DNA of 37,124 nt from Jimgerdemannia flammicorona. Taxonomy: Eukaryota. The stretch lies in contig RBNJ01000195.1 in NCBI GenBank assembly GCA_003990765.1, positions 1 through 37,124 on the forward strand, written 5' to 3'. The position numbers and the translations under genes were made by a program. How positions within the stretch are numbered: position 1 is the stretch's first letter; every line of letters begins with the position of its first letter. The notes beneath the pieces are model-generated. The model saw nothing but the letters and a program-made list of their open reading frames with translations. It had not been told where the DNA came from and did not search any database. Below are positions 37,057 to 37,124 of this stretch, piece by piece.

Positions 37057-37124
37057 TGGGTGGAGGTACTGTAACTACATCTATAGATTGGTAATAAATG
37101 GCAAAGTCCAAGTAACTATAAAAA

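Larger units (their letters stand above)
23886..37124 (+). mobile_element. Apparently full-length L1/Tx1-like LINE (~7.1 kb without the nested Gypsy), poly(A) starts at the window end
   Basis: ORF1-like region(s), APE-RT-zinc finger ORF2, AATAAA and AACTATAAAAA at the end; 5' boundary inferred from where Gypsy-A copy 2 stops. Confidence 0.8.

Overview
Eukaryotic (most likely fungal) heterochromatin-like window made almost entirely of nested, decaying transposable elements; no intact host gene is recognisable. Left to right: (1) 3' part of a LINE ORF2 (minus, 1-821) inserted into the 5' LTR of (2) a near-complete Ty3/Gypsy element 'Gypsy-A' (+, 822-10812; tRNA-Pro-type PBS, gag-PR-Cys/His region-dUTPase / RT-RNaseH / IN / extra ORF); (3) two degenerate intron-containing hAT transposases (~11.3-13.5 and ~16.0-17.45 kb); (4) an older, diverged Gypsy-A copy (minus, 17868-23885) whose LTR carries a 5'-truncated LINE with TSD; (5) an apparently full-length L1/Tx1-like LINE (+, ~23886 to window end), itself interrupted by (6) a complete chromodomain Gypsy with dUTPase between gag and protease (minus, 28902-35014, 5-bp TSD). 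All elements show heavy C>T/G>A decay. Most notable: Gypsy-A pol is split in both copies at the same two points by 4-nt NTGA stop/start overlaps (possible polycistronic termination-reinitiation), and its long LTR contains ~10 imperfect reverse complements of its own primer-binding site. Coordinates were read by eye and may be off by a few bases; organism identity is inference only.
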